Virus record (IMG/VR): IMGVR_UViG_3300032227_000893
Location: 3,482-67,481 of that record
Source: a virus
Lineage: Duplodnaviria; Caudoviricetes
DNA length: 64,000 nt
Reading direction: 5' to 3' (one strand)
The notes beneath the pieces are model-generated. The model did no database searches. It saw only the letters and a program-made list of their open reading frames with translations, and had not been told where the DNA came from. Position numbers and translations under genes: made by a program. Position 1 is the stretch's first letter, and the number at the start of each line of letters is the position of its first letter. Shown here one piece after another: positions 48,108 through 57,536 of the stretch.

Positions 48108-48254
48108 CTACTTAAGCTTGGTCTTAAAAATGGACTTGGCGATGGCAAGAATTAGCTCAACAGTGCTGTTGGGCTTGATGGGAAGAGCGGCGATGATGGT
48201 TTCAATGGCGCCAACGACGATACCGCCGATGAGCATGAGTTCTGCAGGGGTCAT
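48108..48254 (-). CDS. 48-aa holin-like membrane protein
   Basis: MTPAELMLIGGIVVGAIETIIAALPIKPNSTVELILAIAKSIFKTKLK, directly upstream of the endolysin. Confidence 0.65.
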   Translation of the reverse strand: MTPAELMLIGGIVVGAIETIIAALPIKPNSTVELILAIAKSIFKTKLK

Positions 48255-48278
48255 GGGGAATTCTGCTTTTTCCTTAGC

Positions 48279-48488
48279 TTAGCGTTTGATTTCCAAATCG
48301 CGCACTCTTCCTTCGATCCCCTTCATGCTATTTGTTAGTTCGTCCAGCTTTTCAGCAATGCTTTCCACTTGCGTGGCAATCTTCACTTGTTGATTGCCAA
48401 CAGTGACCATCATGCCGCCACTAGCAAGCAGCATGCCTGCAGTGACGGTCGCTGCAAAGTTCATCATGCTTTCTTGCCAAGACTGCAT
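48279..48488 (-). CDS. TM + coiled-coil protein (lysis-associated)
   Basis: Hydrophobic N-terminus; ends IEGRVRDLEIKR. Confidence 0.6.
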   Translation of the reverse strand: MQSWQESMMNFAATVTAGMLLASGGMMVTVGNQQVKIATQVESIAEKLDELTNSMKGIEGRVRDLEIKR

Positions 48489-48575
48489 TGTTCGTTACTG
48501 TTTTTTTATATTCTACACAATCGCCATCGTTAACTTTGGCAGTTTAAACTGTATGGAAGCCAGTTCAGTATCACT

Positions 48576-49058
48576 ATGGGGATGAGAAATGGACCTGAAG
48601 AACTCCTTCAATCTCTCTCCGAACTACGCCCTGGCGAGGCCAAGCGTCGTTACCGCAAAAGCATTTTTGAAGACTTCCCCACAAGAGGACCATTTGGTCA
48701 TTGTGCCTGCGCCTATTGCGGGAAGTGGAGCGAGAAGCTTACGATTGATCACATCGTCCCCAAGAGCAAAGGTGGACCGCACTTTGCAAAATGGAACAAT
48801 AGCCCATCTTGTCTCTCGTGTAACGCAAGCAAGGGAAGCCTGCCGTTGTTTGAATGGTGGCGACCGAAAGAATTCTGGACAGAAGAACGTGAGCTTATCT
48901 TGATGGGCTGGATTCATTCCAATAGTTTTGTTAGCGCTCACACTGATCTGTCTGATTGGGAAGCCTGGTGCCAGGCAACGCAACGTGCATTGCCCATTCA
49001 TGAATCAAAAGAAAAGGGGGCTTTGGGCCCCCTCTCTATTATTTGGTGTGCGGCTTAG
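48576..49058 (+). CDS. HNH endonuclease
   Basis: CAYCG...TIDHIVPKSKGG...N...CLSCNASKG. Confidence 0.88.
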   Translation: MGMRNGPEELLQSLSELRPGEAKRRYRKSIFEDFPTRGPFGHCACAYCGKWSEKLTIDHIVPKSKGGPHFAKWNNSPSCLSCNASKGSLPLFEWWRPKEFWTEERELILMGWIHSNSFVSAHTDLSDWEAWCQATQRALPIHESKEKGALGPLSIIWCAA

Positions 49059-49440
49059 TCCACCAATTTGCATCTAAGCGTTCTGGGGGGCCATGGCGAA
49101 CGGATGGGCAGCCGCTAATCATGTAGGCATCGGGGTCGGTAGGTTCAGCATCGTCTGTAGGCACCATCACGGCATGATCAAGAAATCTTGCTGCAATGTC
49201 TTTAACGGGGTGAGAGAATTCTTCATCGGCCTCCATTGTTTCAATGAGCTTGTTTAAATACCATTGGCATTTAAGCAAATCTTCCTTGCCATTTTTATTC
49301 TCATAGCGCCATAAATATTTCTGGCAATTTCCCTTCAGGAAGCCTTTGAAGGCTTCCCCGCTCATCGAAGCTTGAATAGCTTCAATGCTTTCAATGCCAC
49401 CTTTGGCGTAATGGCTGGGGCTGTTTACGGGGTCGTACAT
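49039..49440 (-). CDS. DUF3310 family protein
   Basis: DPVNSPSHY..GGIE.I...GF.KGN..KYLWRY..KNG.EDL.K..WYL. Confidence 0.85.
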   Translation of the reverse strand: MYDPVNSPSHYAKGGIESIEAIQASMSGEAFKGFLKGNCQKYLWRYENKNGKEDLLKCQWYLNKLIETMEADEEFSHPVKDIAARFLDHAVMVPTDDAEPTDPDAYMISGCPSVRHGPPERLDANWWTKPHTK

Positions 49441-49442
49441 GA

Positions 49443-50165
49443 TCAGAATTGGTAGTTGTTTTCGGCAAACGCCTCGAAGGCTTCAGGGGCGATGGGTTCG
49501 GCCAGCTTAAGAAGGGCCTCGGCATAAACAGCAATTTCATGCTGGGCTCCCTTGCTAATGCGGAGGCTAATGAAATGCAGCAGAGCTTGCAGGGAGCAGG
49601 TCCAGACGAAGCTCGTGTACATGCATGGAGGCAGCACGCCACGAGCCTGCTCACGGCTTACGCCAGCGGCTAGGAGCGCATCATAAGCTTGCCTGCTTTC
49701 CTCCACAGTCTTCGTATAAATCTGAGTTGCCAGGGCCTGCCCCCGTGAATCAAGTGGCTCTCCAGAGGCTTGCCTGTTGCTAGCGGCCTGTGAAGCGAAC
49801 TGAGCAGGCACATAAAATTCTGCATCTTGGGCCGGACAATAGCGGAAGCTCTTCTCATTCCAGCCAAGCTGGTCGTCCACGTAAGTGGACGCAATGGTGT
49901 GTTTGTACCACTGCCGAGCAATGAACAATGGGGCCTTCACCATCCATTTAAAGACAACACCACGAAATGGGCTTGTGTGCTGGTGCTTGATTAAATACTT
50001 GAGGAGTTTTGCATCACGCTCGGACCATTCCTCGGAATGACCATCAAGGCTTTGCCTGGCATCGTTCACAATGGACAGACTGTTCCCCATTGCATCAATG
50101 AGGCACAAATAACTTTTCCCATCGTTCAAGGGGTCAATGGGGGGCGGAAGGCGCAAATCAATCAT
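49443..50165 (-). CDS. thyX: flavin-dependent thymidylate synthase
   Basis: HTSPF, ARQWYKH...WNEKSFRY, EQARGVLP, LLHFISLR. Confidence 0.93.
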   Translation of the reverse strand: MIDLRLPPPIDPLNDGKSYLCLIDAMGNSLSIVNDARQSLDGHSEEWSERDAKLLKYLIKHQHTSPFRGVVFKWMVKAPLFIARQWYKHTIASTYVDDQLGWNEKSFRYCPAQDAEFYVPAQFASQAASNRQASGEPLDSRGQALATQIYTKTVEESRQAYDALLAAGVSREQARGVLPPCMYTSFVWTCSLQALLHFISLRISKGAQHEIAVYAEALLKLAEPIAPEAFEAFAENNYQF

Positions 50166-50514
50166 GGTCGAGGATCAACGCAATGGGGCGGATTCGTTGA
50201 AATGCCACTGTACCACTGACGTGAGCAGTTTTTTTGTCCCATTGGACCATTGCAGCTTTCCTTCCATTGCTTCTGTCGATGCCCACGAATGTGCCGTAGA
50301 TGGACGTTGGCACCACACCAGCCCCCGTGAGGGCGACCAGCGCCACTCGTTCTCCCTCTTGCCAGTCATAGCCTTTTGGAACGCTCCTCAGCTTATAACG
50401 CCGGGAAGCCGGACACAAGATTTCGGGATTCTCGCCATTTTCCACACGTCGTACAAATTGCTTGCTATGCCCTCTTGGTTGTAGCCTAGAGACTGCAAAC
50501 GATAATTTACGCAT
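50158..50514 (-). CDS. hypothetical protein (true start probably near 50447)
   Basis: Overlaps the thyX start. Confidence 0.55.
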   Translation of the reverse strand: MRKLSFAVSRLQPRGHSKQFVRRVENGENPEILCPASRRYKLRSVPKGYDWQEGERVALVALTGAGVVPTSIYGTFVGIDRSNGRKAAMVQWDKKTAHVSGTVAFQRIRPIALILDHD

Positions 50515-50875
50515 GACTTTTTGCGTTCCGGTGGAATTGGTTTACAATGGCAAAAGTAGAGTTGCGATGATGGGTCCATTTGAGCATTCGGCAGAACGTG
50601 AATTCTCTTTGACCGTCAACAGAAAGGCCATTGCAGAATGCCACGACAATGCAAAACTTCGTGAAGTGGCACAGAATTTACTGACTGGCTGGTCATCCAT
50701 GCAGACGGCAGTGCAAAGTCTTATGTTGGAAAACATCCAGCTTCGTCAGGCGATGGCCAAGCAAGAAACAGATTTAGAAGCTGCTGATGCCATCATCAAA
50801 GAAGCTTTGGAGCTTGCCGAACATGCTCAGCAATCAGCGAAAGCCAAAAGGCGTCTTTGGCCATGGCAGATGTGA
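50513..50875 (+). CDS. hypothetical coiled-coil protein
   Basis: Protein-like ORF; converges on and overlaps the nuclease gene. Confidence 0.6.
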   Translation: MTFCVPVELVYNGKSRVAMMGPFEHSAEREFSLTVNRKAIAECHDNAKLREVAQNLLTGWSSMQTAVQSLMLENIQLRQAMAKQETDLEAADAIIKEALELAEHAQQSAKAKRRLWPWQM

Positions 50876-51170
50876 GCAAAAAGATTGTCCAACCGCTTGT
50901 GTAAGCAAGATTGTATTTACGACAATCTCTTTCATAGCCGCTGCCAGTGACATGACGACCACGCATATAAACGCCGCCTTGGATTTCGATGCCAGTGCGA
51001 GAGTCGGGATGAGCAAAATCTAGGCGGTAGCGTTTGGAACGTTTTGATTTGGCATGGCGCTCTTGAAAATCCTTCTCCCAGGCGTCAATCTCACTAAACT
51101 CTCTTTCCAATGGAAGGGAAGGATTGTGAGCCTGCCATAGTCCTAGGAATTGATCTTCAAGAGCACTCAC
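50796..51170 (-). CDS. Vsr/DUF559-like PD-(D/E)XK endonuclease
   Basis: YRLDFA...IEIQGG...H...D.RKYN...GW. Confidence 0.8.
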   Translation of the reverse strand: MSALEDQFLGLWQAHNPSLPLEREFSEIDAWEKDFQERHAKSKRSKRYRLDFAHPDSRTGIEIQGGVYMRGRHVTGSGYERDCRKYNLAYTSGWTIFLLTSAMAKDAFWLSLIAEHVRQAPKLL

Positions 51171-51172
51171 TA

Positions 51173-51766
51173 TTAAACAGCAGCTAACTGTACGTTAGCT
51201 CCTTGGTTCTGATAGTTGCCAGTGTAGGCTTGCCCTACTTCCTCAATCTCCATGAGCATCACTTGCACAATGCCTTCGTTGGCATAGATGCGTGCCGGAA
51301 AGGCAGTGGGGTTGGAGATGCTGATTGTGAGATAACCAGACCAGCCAGGTTCGATGGGCGTCACGTTAATGATGATGCCACAGCGAGCGTAAGTGGACTT
51401 GCCATCGCAAATACCCATAATGTTGTCGGGCATGGAAATCAGTTCATAACTGGTTCCAAGGCCGTAGCTATGGGGAGGTAGGCGAAAATACTCACCACCG
51501 TTGCTGTGGATTAAGGGAGCTTCATACGGGATGGTGCTATTAAAAAGCTTGGCATCCAACTCACCTTTATTGGTTCCCTTGACAGTCTTGCCGTCAACCA
51601 CAAGAAAATGGTCGGGAGACAGTCGAATGTCGTAACCAGCTTGGGACAGGCCGTATGAAATAGCTTTAGTGCCATCTTCCAGGAATCGCCTCTTCTCGCC
51701 CACAAAGGGCATAAAGATGTCGTTCTCCGCAAGTCTGGTAATTTGCTTGTCGTTAAGCAGCGTCAC
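51173..51766 (-). CDS. dcd: dCTP deaminase
   Basis: ISYGLSQAGYDIRL, GKSTYARCGI, TPIEPGWSG, YQNQ. Confidence 0.9.
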   Translation of the reverse strand: MTLLNDKQITRLAENDIFMPFVGEKRRFLEDGTKAISYGLSQAGYDIRLSPDHFLVVDGKTVKGTNKGELDAKLFNSTIPYEAPLIHSNGGEYFRLPPHSYGLGTSYELISMPDNIMGICDGKSTYARCGIIINVTPIEPGWSGYLTISISNPTAFPARIYANEGIVQVMLMEIEEVGQAYTGNYQNQGANVQLAAV

Positions 51767-51956
51767 GATTGAAGATAAAGCGAAGGATCATTGAGCCAGA
51801 AGCCACGGCAGCTCCGAAGCGCACCATTTCCAACCAAGGAAACAATGGCAAAAGGCCCCACCAAAGGGGCCATGCCATCAAGAAGATAAGGAATCCTTGA
51901 ATGGGAATTGCGAGCAATAAACCTACCAGCATGGAACCAGGGTCTTTATTGCTCAT
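51753..51956 (-). CDS. small membrane protein
   Basis: Two hydrophobic segments. Confidence 0.5.
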   Translation of the reverse strand: MSNKDPGSMLVGLLLAIPIQGFLIFLMAWPLWWGLLPLFPWLEMVRFGAAVASGSMILRFIFNRDAA

Positions 51957-51960
51957 GACT

Positions 51961-52224
51961 TCAGAACAGATCGGTGGAGCTGCTGCTGCCGCCGCCATCG
52001 TCGCTCTGCCACACGGAAGCGTAGCCCTTAGGGCCTTCCTTGTCGCCCTTGATCTTGACGGAACCGGTGAAACGCGGGGAGCGCTCAGAGGTCATCTTTT
52101 CGTTGGGCCATACAGCCATGTCGAGGCTGTAGTTGCCACGATCATTAGCACCAGCCTTCTTCAATGCATTGAGAAGGTCAGGGGTGAGATCAATGGCGGC
52201 GGTAATAGTGGGGCGATTTGCCAC
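51961..52224 (-). CDS. small single-stranded DNA-binding-like protein
   Basis: OB-like pattern, acidic tail ending DLF, next to exonuclease and recombinase. Confidence 0.55.
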   Translation of the reverse strand: MANRPTITAAIDLTPDLLNALKKAGANDRGNYSLDMAVWPNEKMTSERSPRFTGSVKIKGDKEGPKGYASVWQSDDGGGSSSSTDLF

Positions 52225-52281
52225 GGTGTTGCTCCTTGGAGGATGTTAGATGCCCGTGAGGGCTGACCAAATATAGAGGCT

Positions 52282-53046
52282 TCAAGCGCCCTTGTCAACA
52301 GTGATGGTGAAGGGTTTGCCTCCTGGATAGAATTCGTCAAAGTACCGGCGAGTTTTGTCGTTCATGATGGCTGCCTGGCAGGCGAGATCACAACCATCCA
52401 TTGTTACGATTTGTGCCTCTTCGCCCTCTCCCGTGTCTGGATCGTAGATGGAGATGGCGCAATAGGCTTCGTTAATTTCAATAGAGTACATTTGCTCAAG
52501 GGCCTGTGCGTAGGCTCCAAGTTGCATTTTGTAATCAGCTAGGTAGCAGTCGAGTTTGCGCTTGTAGCTGGTCTTCCAATCAAGGAGGGCAATGTTGCCA
52601 TTCTTCATGGTGGCCAGCATGTCGAAGGTGCCGGAATAGCCAATTTGCAACTCAGAATTAAAATAGGCAATGGCGCTCTCCACTAGCAACGGCTCGTCAA
52701 TGGTTTCCAGGAAGGGTTCGATGGAATGGAAATAGGGGCGATATTTGCTTTTGGCCTCAAGATGATGCTCAATATCCTCTCCATTCCATAGATCCTCCAA
52801 AACGCCGTGTAACCACACGCCACGATCAATGGAACCCATGGTGCGACGGTTGGCCTCTGCATCGCCCACTCGTTTCCGCCAGTTAATGAGAGCCATGATC
52901 TTGCCCACTGGTGAGCATGCTCCGGCTACGGTTGTAACAGAGGGCAGAACCAAGCCCGCAGGTACATGGTCCAAGCCCTCTGGCACCTTGTAATAGCGAC
53001 GTTTGTCCAGTTGAATTCGGTCCGGGACAAACTGCTTGAACTTCAT
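52282..53046 (-). CDS. PD-(D/E)XK exonuclease (Cas4/MGME1-like)
   Basis: PSVTTV, RGVWLH, YSGTFD...LDWKTS, QLGAY. Confidence 0.85.
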   Translation of the reverse strand: MKFKQFVPDRIQLDKRRYYKVPEGLDHVPAGLVLPSVTTVAGACSPVGKIMALINWRKRVGDAEANRRTMGSIDRGVWLHGVLEDLWNGEDIEHHLEAKSKYRPYFHSIEPFLETIDEPLLVESAIAYFNSELQIGYSGTFDMLATMKNGNIALLDWKTSYKRKLDCYLADYKMQLGAYAQALEQMYSIEINEAYCAISIYDPDTGEGEEAQIVTMDGCDLACQAAIMNDKTRRYFDEFYPGGKPFTITVDKGA

Positions 53047-53053
53047 TGGAACG

Positions 53054-53188
53054 TCATTTGTTCTTCACACAATACCCCCCAGAGCGGTAGTAGCCAAGGG
53101 GGCATGTGCCGGAATAGGTGATGGGCTCATTGCAAGCCACTGCTGGCAGGGCAAATGCAACGACAATCAGAGCAATGATGGCTTTCAT
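53054..53188 (-). CDS. 44-aa secreted Cys-containing mini-protein
   Basis: MKAIIALIVVAFALPAVA signal-like N-terminus, then CNEPITYSGTCPLGYYRSGGYCVKNK. Confidence 0.65.
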   Translation of the reverse strand: MKAIIALIVVAFALPAVACNEPITYSGTCPLGYYRSGGYCVKNK

Positions 53189-53445
53189 GGTTTAGGAGGA
53201 GCAAGGGGGCTTTGCATGTCAACTTTGTAATGGTCAATGATGGCGCCAGTGCCACGGTCCCAAGTGGTGCCACAGTCTGGACATTGCCAGGCATAGCCAC
53301 GATCTTCACGCCAAGACGAAAGATAGATCACTCGTGAGAACCATTTGGAGCCACCGAAATGGTGCTGGCTTTCTTCGGGGATGGGCTTGTCGTGCCATAG
53401 GCTTCCACACTCTGGGCAGTTTTTAATGTCCGAAGAGCTGGTCAC
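53185..53445 (-). CDS. zinc-ribbon protein
   Basis: CPECG and CPDCG; GTGA overlap. Confidence 0.65.
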   Translation of the reverse strand: MTSSSDIKNCPECGSLWHDKPIPEESQHHFGGSKWFSRVIYLSSWREDRGYAWQCPDCGTTWDRGTGAIIDHYKVDMQSPLAPPKP

Positions 53446-53591
53446 TTCAAAACTTCCCCCCAACACACGCGATTTGCTTGCCAAAGTAGAGCCCTGCACA
53501 AATGATTTTCAGAAGGGTCTGGGTCAGAAGCATATACGGAATGCGCTGATTCCCAGGCCGTTAACCATTGTTCCTTTGTGGGGAACTTCAT
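53442..53591 (-). CDS. hypothetical protein (49 aa, MKFPTKEQW...)
   Basis: ATGA overlap with the upstream peptide. Confidence 0.5.
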   Translation of the reverse strand: MKFPTKEQWLTAWESAHSVYASDPDPSENHLCRALLWQANRVCWGEVLK

Positions 53592-53704
53592 TTGATTTTG
53601 ATTGTCCATTGGTAAACAAGTTCGGAAAGGTAGACAATTGGCAGGATTATTAGGCCCAATAAAAGCAGGCCAATAGCAGTCGTAACAATGCTCGCAACTA
53701 ACAT
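53588..53704 (-). CDS. 38-aa membrane peptide
   Basis: MLVASIVTTAIGLLLLGLIILPIVYLSELVYQWTIKIK; manually translated. Confidence 0.55.
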   Translation of the reverse strand: MLVASIVTTAIGLLLLGLIILPIVYLSELVYQWTIKIK

Positions 53705-53783
53705 GATTCGTCAAATGGAGTGCCATCAGCATTGGTGACAATTTGGCCCTTGAAAACAAGAGCCAAACGTGCCGTTGCTATAT

Positions 53784-54695
53784 CTAGAGCTTTCCCGCGA
53801 CGAAGATTCCCACTCCCTCAATGGCGTCTTCAACAGTGCCTTCAGCGCAAATTGCACGAAGAGTGGCAATTTCCTGCGTCATAGCTGCCTTGGTAATTTT
53901 GATGCCCTTCTCCTTCACCCATGCCGATACCATTGCGGTGATTGCATTGGCAAGCATGTGAGCGTCTTTGAGATCGTCACCTTTAGAAAGGCCAAGGCTT
54001 TCAAGAGCAGTTTTTGCTGCCACTAAGCTGGTGCGTTCCTCTGCATATTGAAGGGGATTGGCTTTACAGAAGGCTGTAAGGGCTTCCTTTCCATTGAAGG
54101 CAGCAGTCCCCGTTCCTCCAGCAGCAGGAACGCTTGCCGCAGCAGGCGCCTTGTCCTGTTGCGATACCGCTGCTGGTTTCTTGCTCTCCTGTTGGAGGGG
54201 GAGTTTGGGCGCAGTTTGTACGTTGCCATCGTCAGCAGTGGGAATGTCTTCGCCGGAATAAAGCTTGAGACCAAGGCCCGTGAAAGTAGCAATACACTTG
54301 ACACTGGCCCGTTGAATGTTGTCGCTCACTTGACGAGCATCAAGCTCCTTAACTGCATTGTGCTTGTTGTCCATCAATGGAAAGACCAACGCAGGAGTGC
54401 GACGGCAACCATCCGTAAGGTAGGCCCGCAGAATCCAGCAGCCAGTCTGGCCAAACACCGGCCACCCCATTGTGCTCTCCTCAAATGCCACGAACAACGT
54501 GGGAAATTGCTCCTTGAGGTAGCGGAAAGCAAAAGGCCAGGACAAATAGGAGAGTCCTTTGTAGTTTTTCTCAACGTGCTCGCCAATGGGCAGCATGTAA
54601 GCTTTGGTGAACTGTTCAGGGGTGATTTCCAGAGGGCTGAACAGACCATTCATGCGATCAGATAGAGCTAGTGATGCGGGGGAGGTAAGGTCCAT
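53784..54695 (-). CDS. Sak3/DUF1071 single-strand annealing recombinase
   Basis: KNYKGLSYLSWPFA, PLMDNK, IQRASVKC...GLGL.LYSGED. Confidence 0.8.
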   Translation of the reverse strand: MDLTSPASLALSDRMNGLFSPLEITPEQFTKAYMLPIGEHVEKNYKGLSYLSWPFAFRYLKEQFPTLFVAFEESTMGWPVFGQTGCWILRAYLTDGCRRTPALVFPLMDNKHNAVKELDARQVSDNIQRASVKCIATFTGLGLKLYSGEDIPTADDGNVQTAPKLPLQQESKKPAAVSQQDKAPAAASVPAAGGTGTAAFNGKEALTAFCKANPLQYAEERTSLVAAKTALESLGLSKGDDLKDAHMLANAITAMVSAWVKEKGIKITKAAMTQEIATLRAICAEGTVEDAIEGVGIFVAGKL

Positions 54696-54735
54696 GGGAA
54701 AAGAAAAGATGTCGGAAAAACAAGACTGGGTCACT

Positions 54736-55008
54736 TTACAATTCGGGAACGGAACTGTCCAGGTTTTGAATGAGGTCATACATGATGACCACTTTGTTGG
54801 TAATCTTCTCCTCGTGGTTGACAAGGCTATCGCCAGGCAACGGCCAATCACGAGTCACTCGCACGTCCGTAATGCCTTCAACGTGCTTCCAATCAAAACC
54901 TTCTTCCATGGCACCCTCCTCAAAACAGAGCACCACTTCCATGTCTTCATGGTCCATGACGTAGGCGCTTTGAAGGGCTTGAATCAGTTCAGAGATTTTC
55001 ATAGTCAT
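54736..55008 (-). CDS. hypothetical protein
   Basis: MKISELIQAL... type N-terminus. Confidence 0.6.
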   Translation of the reverse strand: MTMKISELIQALQSAYVMDHEDMEVVLCFEEGAMEEGFDWKHVEGITDVRVTRDWPLPGDSLVNHEEKITNKVVIMYDLIQNLDSSVPEL

Positions 55009-55237
55009 CAAGAGAAGTGGGGAGTTCGGGAGCGGTGTAGTCCACGCATAGGGACCAGGCCCCATTAGAAAGACTTGCGGAGCCTTCCCATATGGGAGTG
55101 GCGCGGATGAGGCGCTCTAACGCTTCGCTACGGGACAGCTTGGCTTCTGAAGCAATGCTGTCTAAGTGGTCAACGGCATCCTGCGTAAGCGTGAAATGCC
55201 TTTTGGTTTTGGGGCTGTCGTAACTGGATTTCGGCAT
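54989..55237 (-). CDS. ribbon-helix-helix (CopG-like) regulator
   Basis: KRHFTLTQDAVDHLD.IA....LSRSEALERLIR; divergent from primase. Confidence 0.75.
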   Translation of the reverse strand: MPKSSYDSPKTKRHFTLTQDAVDHLDSIASEAKLSRSEALERLIRATPIWEGSASLSNGAWSLCVDYTAPELPTSLDDYENL

Positions 55238-55384
55238 GCAGTGGCGCCGTGGTTCCTCCCCACAATACCCGCAAGAGGCCTTCAAGCAACCCATTGAGCG
55301 ATAAGGATGCCTTATGGCTACAGGGATTGCAGGAAACCACCTTGGATGCGATGATGCAAAGCGGCATACCACGTACCACCTTTC

Positions 55385-57340
55385 ATGTCGTTCTCGATCC
55401 TGGACTTTCTGGACCAACTGGAGCCCAGCAAGGAATCAGGCAAATACATCTGTCCCGCCTGCGGGAACAACGACTTTTCGGTTAACAAAAAGAACGGCGC
55501 CTACTCCTGCTGGCACGACCCATCCCCTGCGCACCGCGCCGAAGTGAGAAACGTGCTTGCTCCAATGGTTCGATGGGAAAAGCCGCCAAGGGAAGCTGGT
55601 GTCTATTCATTCCCATATAAGAACCAAGCTGGGAGCGAAGTGGTGCTTGTTCACCGCGACGACACTTCTGGCAGCAAGCGCATCTGGCAAGAATTTCCCA
55701 CCATTGATCACAACGCCACTGGCCACAAGACGCAGCTCCAAGAGGTGAAGGCCAACATCCTTCCCTTTATGTATGAGGAGGCAATTGCCGAGAGCGCTAA
55801 AACCGGCTTGCCCATTGTCGTGGTAGAGGGCGAACTCACCTGCCAGGCCGTCTGGTCCATTGGTCTGCCCTCCGTCACCTTTCTAGGTGGCAGCAAGCAA
55901 TACCGCACTAATGGCGACTACGCCAGCCTCTTCAAAAATCAGAAGCTAGTCCTGGCTCCCGACAGGGATGAGCAGGGCGTTGCTTTCATGAAGGAAGTGG
56001 AGGCCGATAACCCTGGGGCACAGTGGCTTTATGCCGATCCGCGCTCTTGGGAATGGCAAAACCTGCCCAGCGGCAACGGTCTGGATCTTGCTGACTACAT
56101 TGCCGAAGGCGTCACTAAAGACGATCTACTTGCCTCCATCGTCTCCAAGGGAAAGCATTCCGGCAAGGATGGCAAGCCTGCCTACGAAGAAATCATCTCC
56201 ACTGTTGAAAACTTCGTAGGGCTCTATGCCAATGATGCTCGCATCACCTATGAAACTGCCAACTGGCTAGAGCAGCGTGGCGTGAAGATGAGCCAAGCCA
56301 ACGTTGACAAAATCATTGACGAAGCCAAGAGTCGCATTTACGGCAAGGAAGAAATTGAAACCATTGATGCCCTCACCATTGCCAATGCCGATCAATGTAG
56401 GGAATGGTTAATTGCTGGCATCATGCCGCTTGGTAGCGTAATGCTCCTTGCTGCATCTGGCGGCACAGGCAAAAGCACCATTGTCTACAACTGGGCTCTC
56501 AACATTGCTCTGGGTCAACCATGGAGCGGAAGACGCTGCCACAAGGGCAAGAGCCTCATCATTCAAAGTGACGAACCATTGGTGGACACCAGCGAAAAAC
56601 TTGGTGTGATTGGCTTCAAGGATGCTGGTCTGGAAGCTGGATCTATTGCCTTCTGGGAGAACTGGCGCTTTGGTCACATGAAGCAGCTTGAAGATTACGT
56701 GAGGAAGAACCGGCCAGCCTTTGTTGCCATTGACTCCCTCACTGCCTGTCTTGCTGGCATGGACGTGGACTTAGTGAAGAGTAATGCTGGTGATGTAATT
56801 TATGGTCTTCGCGACATTGCCAATCAATATAAATGCAGCATCATCATTCTCCACCACTTAAATAAGAGCGGCGGCCTGCGGGACTCGACAAGCTTTGTTG
56901 ACAACGTTAGTGAAGTGGTGAAGCTTACTCGTGCTGAGAACAATGGCGACCCCAATCAGTTTGTCCTTGAATGGTTGAAGAGTAGAAGCGGCCTCACCGG
57001 CAAGCACAATCTGCAACGCGACACGCTTTCTTACGGCTGGCGCTATGCAGGGCCCCAAGGGGGTTCCCTGGAAGAGCTTGATCAAGTGGTGAACACCGTC
57101 AACATGCGCAAGACTGAACGGCTCACTAAGCAGCAAGTGGCAGCCATGTCTGGCACCTGGGACAATTCATCAACGGGCAAGATGCTGGAAGTGGCACGTA
57201 GGCAAGGCTTAATCACCAGCAGCTTTGAACTTGGGCCCAACGGGGAACGCAAACGGCTTTACCACTCTTGGGAATACAAAGAACCAGACGCTGATTTTGT
57301 GGAAGTTCCCGAAACCGTTGCGCCTCACGATTTCTTTTAA
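55385..57340 (+). CDS. primase-helicase (Zn-binding + TOPRIM + AAA_25/RepA-like helicase)
   Basis: CPACG...CWH, VVEGE...PDRDEQG, ASGGTGKS, IDSL, ILHHLNK. Confidence 0.88.
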   Translation: MSFSILDFLDQLEPSKESGKYICPACGNNDFSVNKKNGAYSCWHDPSPAHRAEVRNVLAPMVRWEKPPREAGVYSFPYKNQAGSEVVLVHRDDTSGSKRIWQEFPTIDHNATGHKTQLQEVKANILPFMYEEAIAESAKTGLPIVVVEGELTCQAVWSIGLPSVTFLGGSKQYRTNGDYASLFKNQKLVLAPDRDEQGVAFMKEVEADNPGAQWLYADPRSWEWQNLPSGNGLDLADYIAEGVTKDDLLASIVSKGKHSGKDGKPAYEEIISTVENFVGLYANDARITYETANWLEQRGVKMSQANVDKIIDEAKSRIYGKEEIETIDALTIANADQCREWLIAGIMPLGSVMLLAASGGTGKSTIVYNWALNIALGQPWSGRRCHKGKSLIIQSDEPLVDTSEKLGVIGFKDAGLEAGSIAFWENWRFGHMKQLEDYVRKNRPAFVAIDSLTACLAGMDVDLVKSNAGDVIYGLRDIANQYKCSIIILHHLNKSGGLRDSTSFVDNVSEVVKLTRAENNGDPNQFVLEWLKSRSGLTGKHNLQRDTLSYGWRYAGPQGGSLEELDQVVNTVNMRKTERLTKQQVAAMSGTWDNSSTGKMLEVARRQGLITSSFELGPNGERKRLYHSWEYKEPDADFVEVPETVAPHDFF

Positions 57341-57346
57341 ACTATA

Positions 57347-57536
57347 GACAGTTGTAACAACTGTCATGATCATCTGGGACAAAAATTTTGGAAATAATAA
57401 GAAGGAGGAGCCCGTTGAGGCTCCTTTTTCTGCGTCTGAAATTATTGAGACAATTTCAGAGCCAGAGACACTTTCAACAATTGTTGAAACGGAAGACAAG
57501 CCTGAGCAAGGTTCGGCTGGTAAAGGGTTCGGCTGG
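57347..57536. repeat. cluster of palindromes and a direct repeat (origin-like)
   Basis: 57347-57365, 57380-57390, 57406-57425, 57435-57460, 57472-57489; GGTTCGGCTGG twice. Confidence 0.6.
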
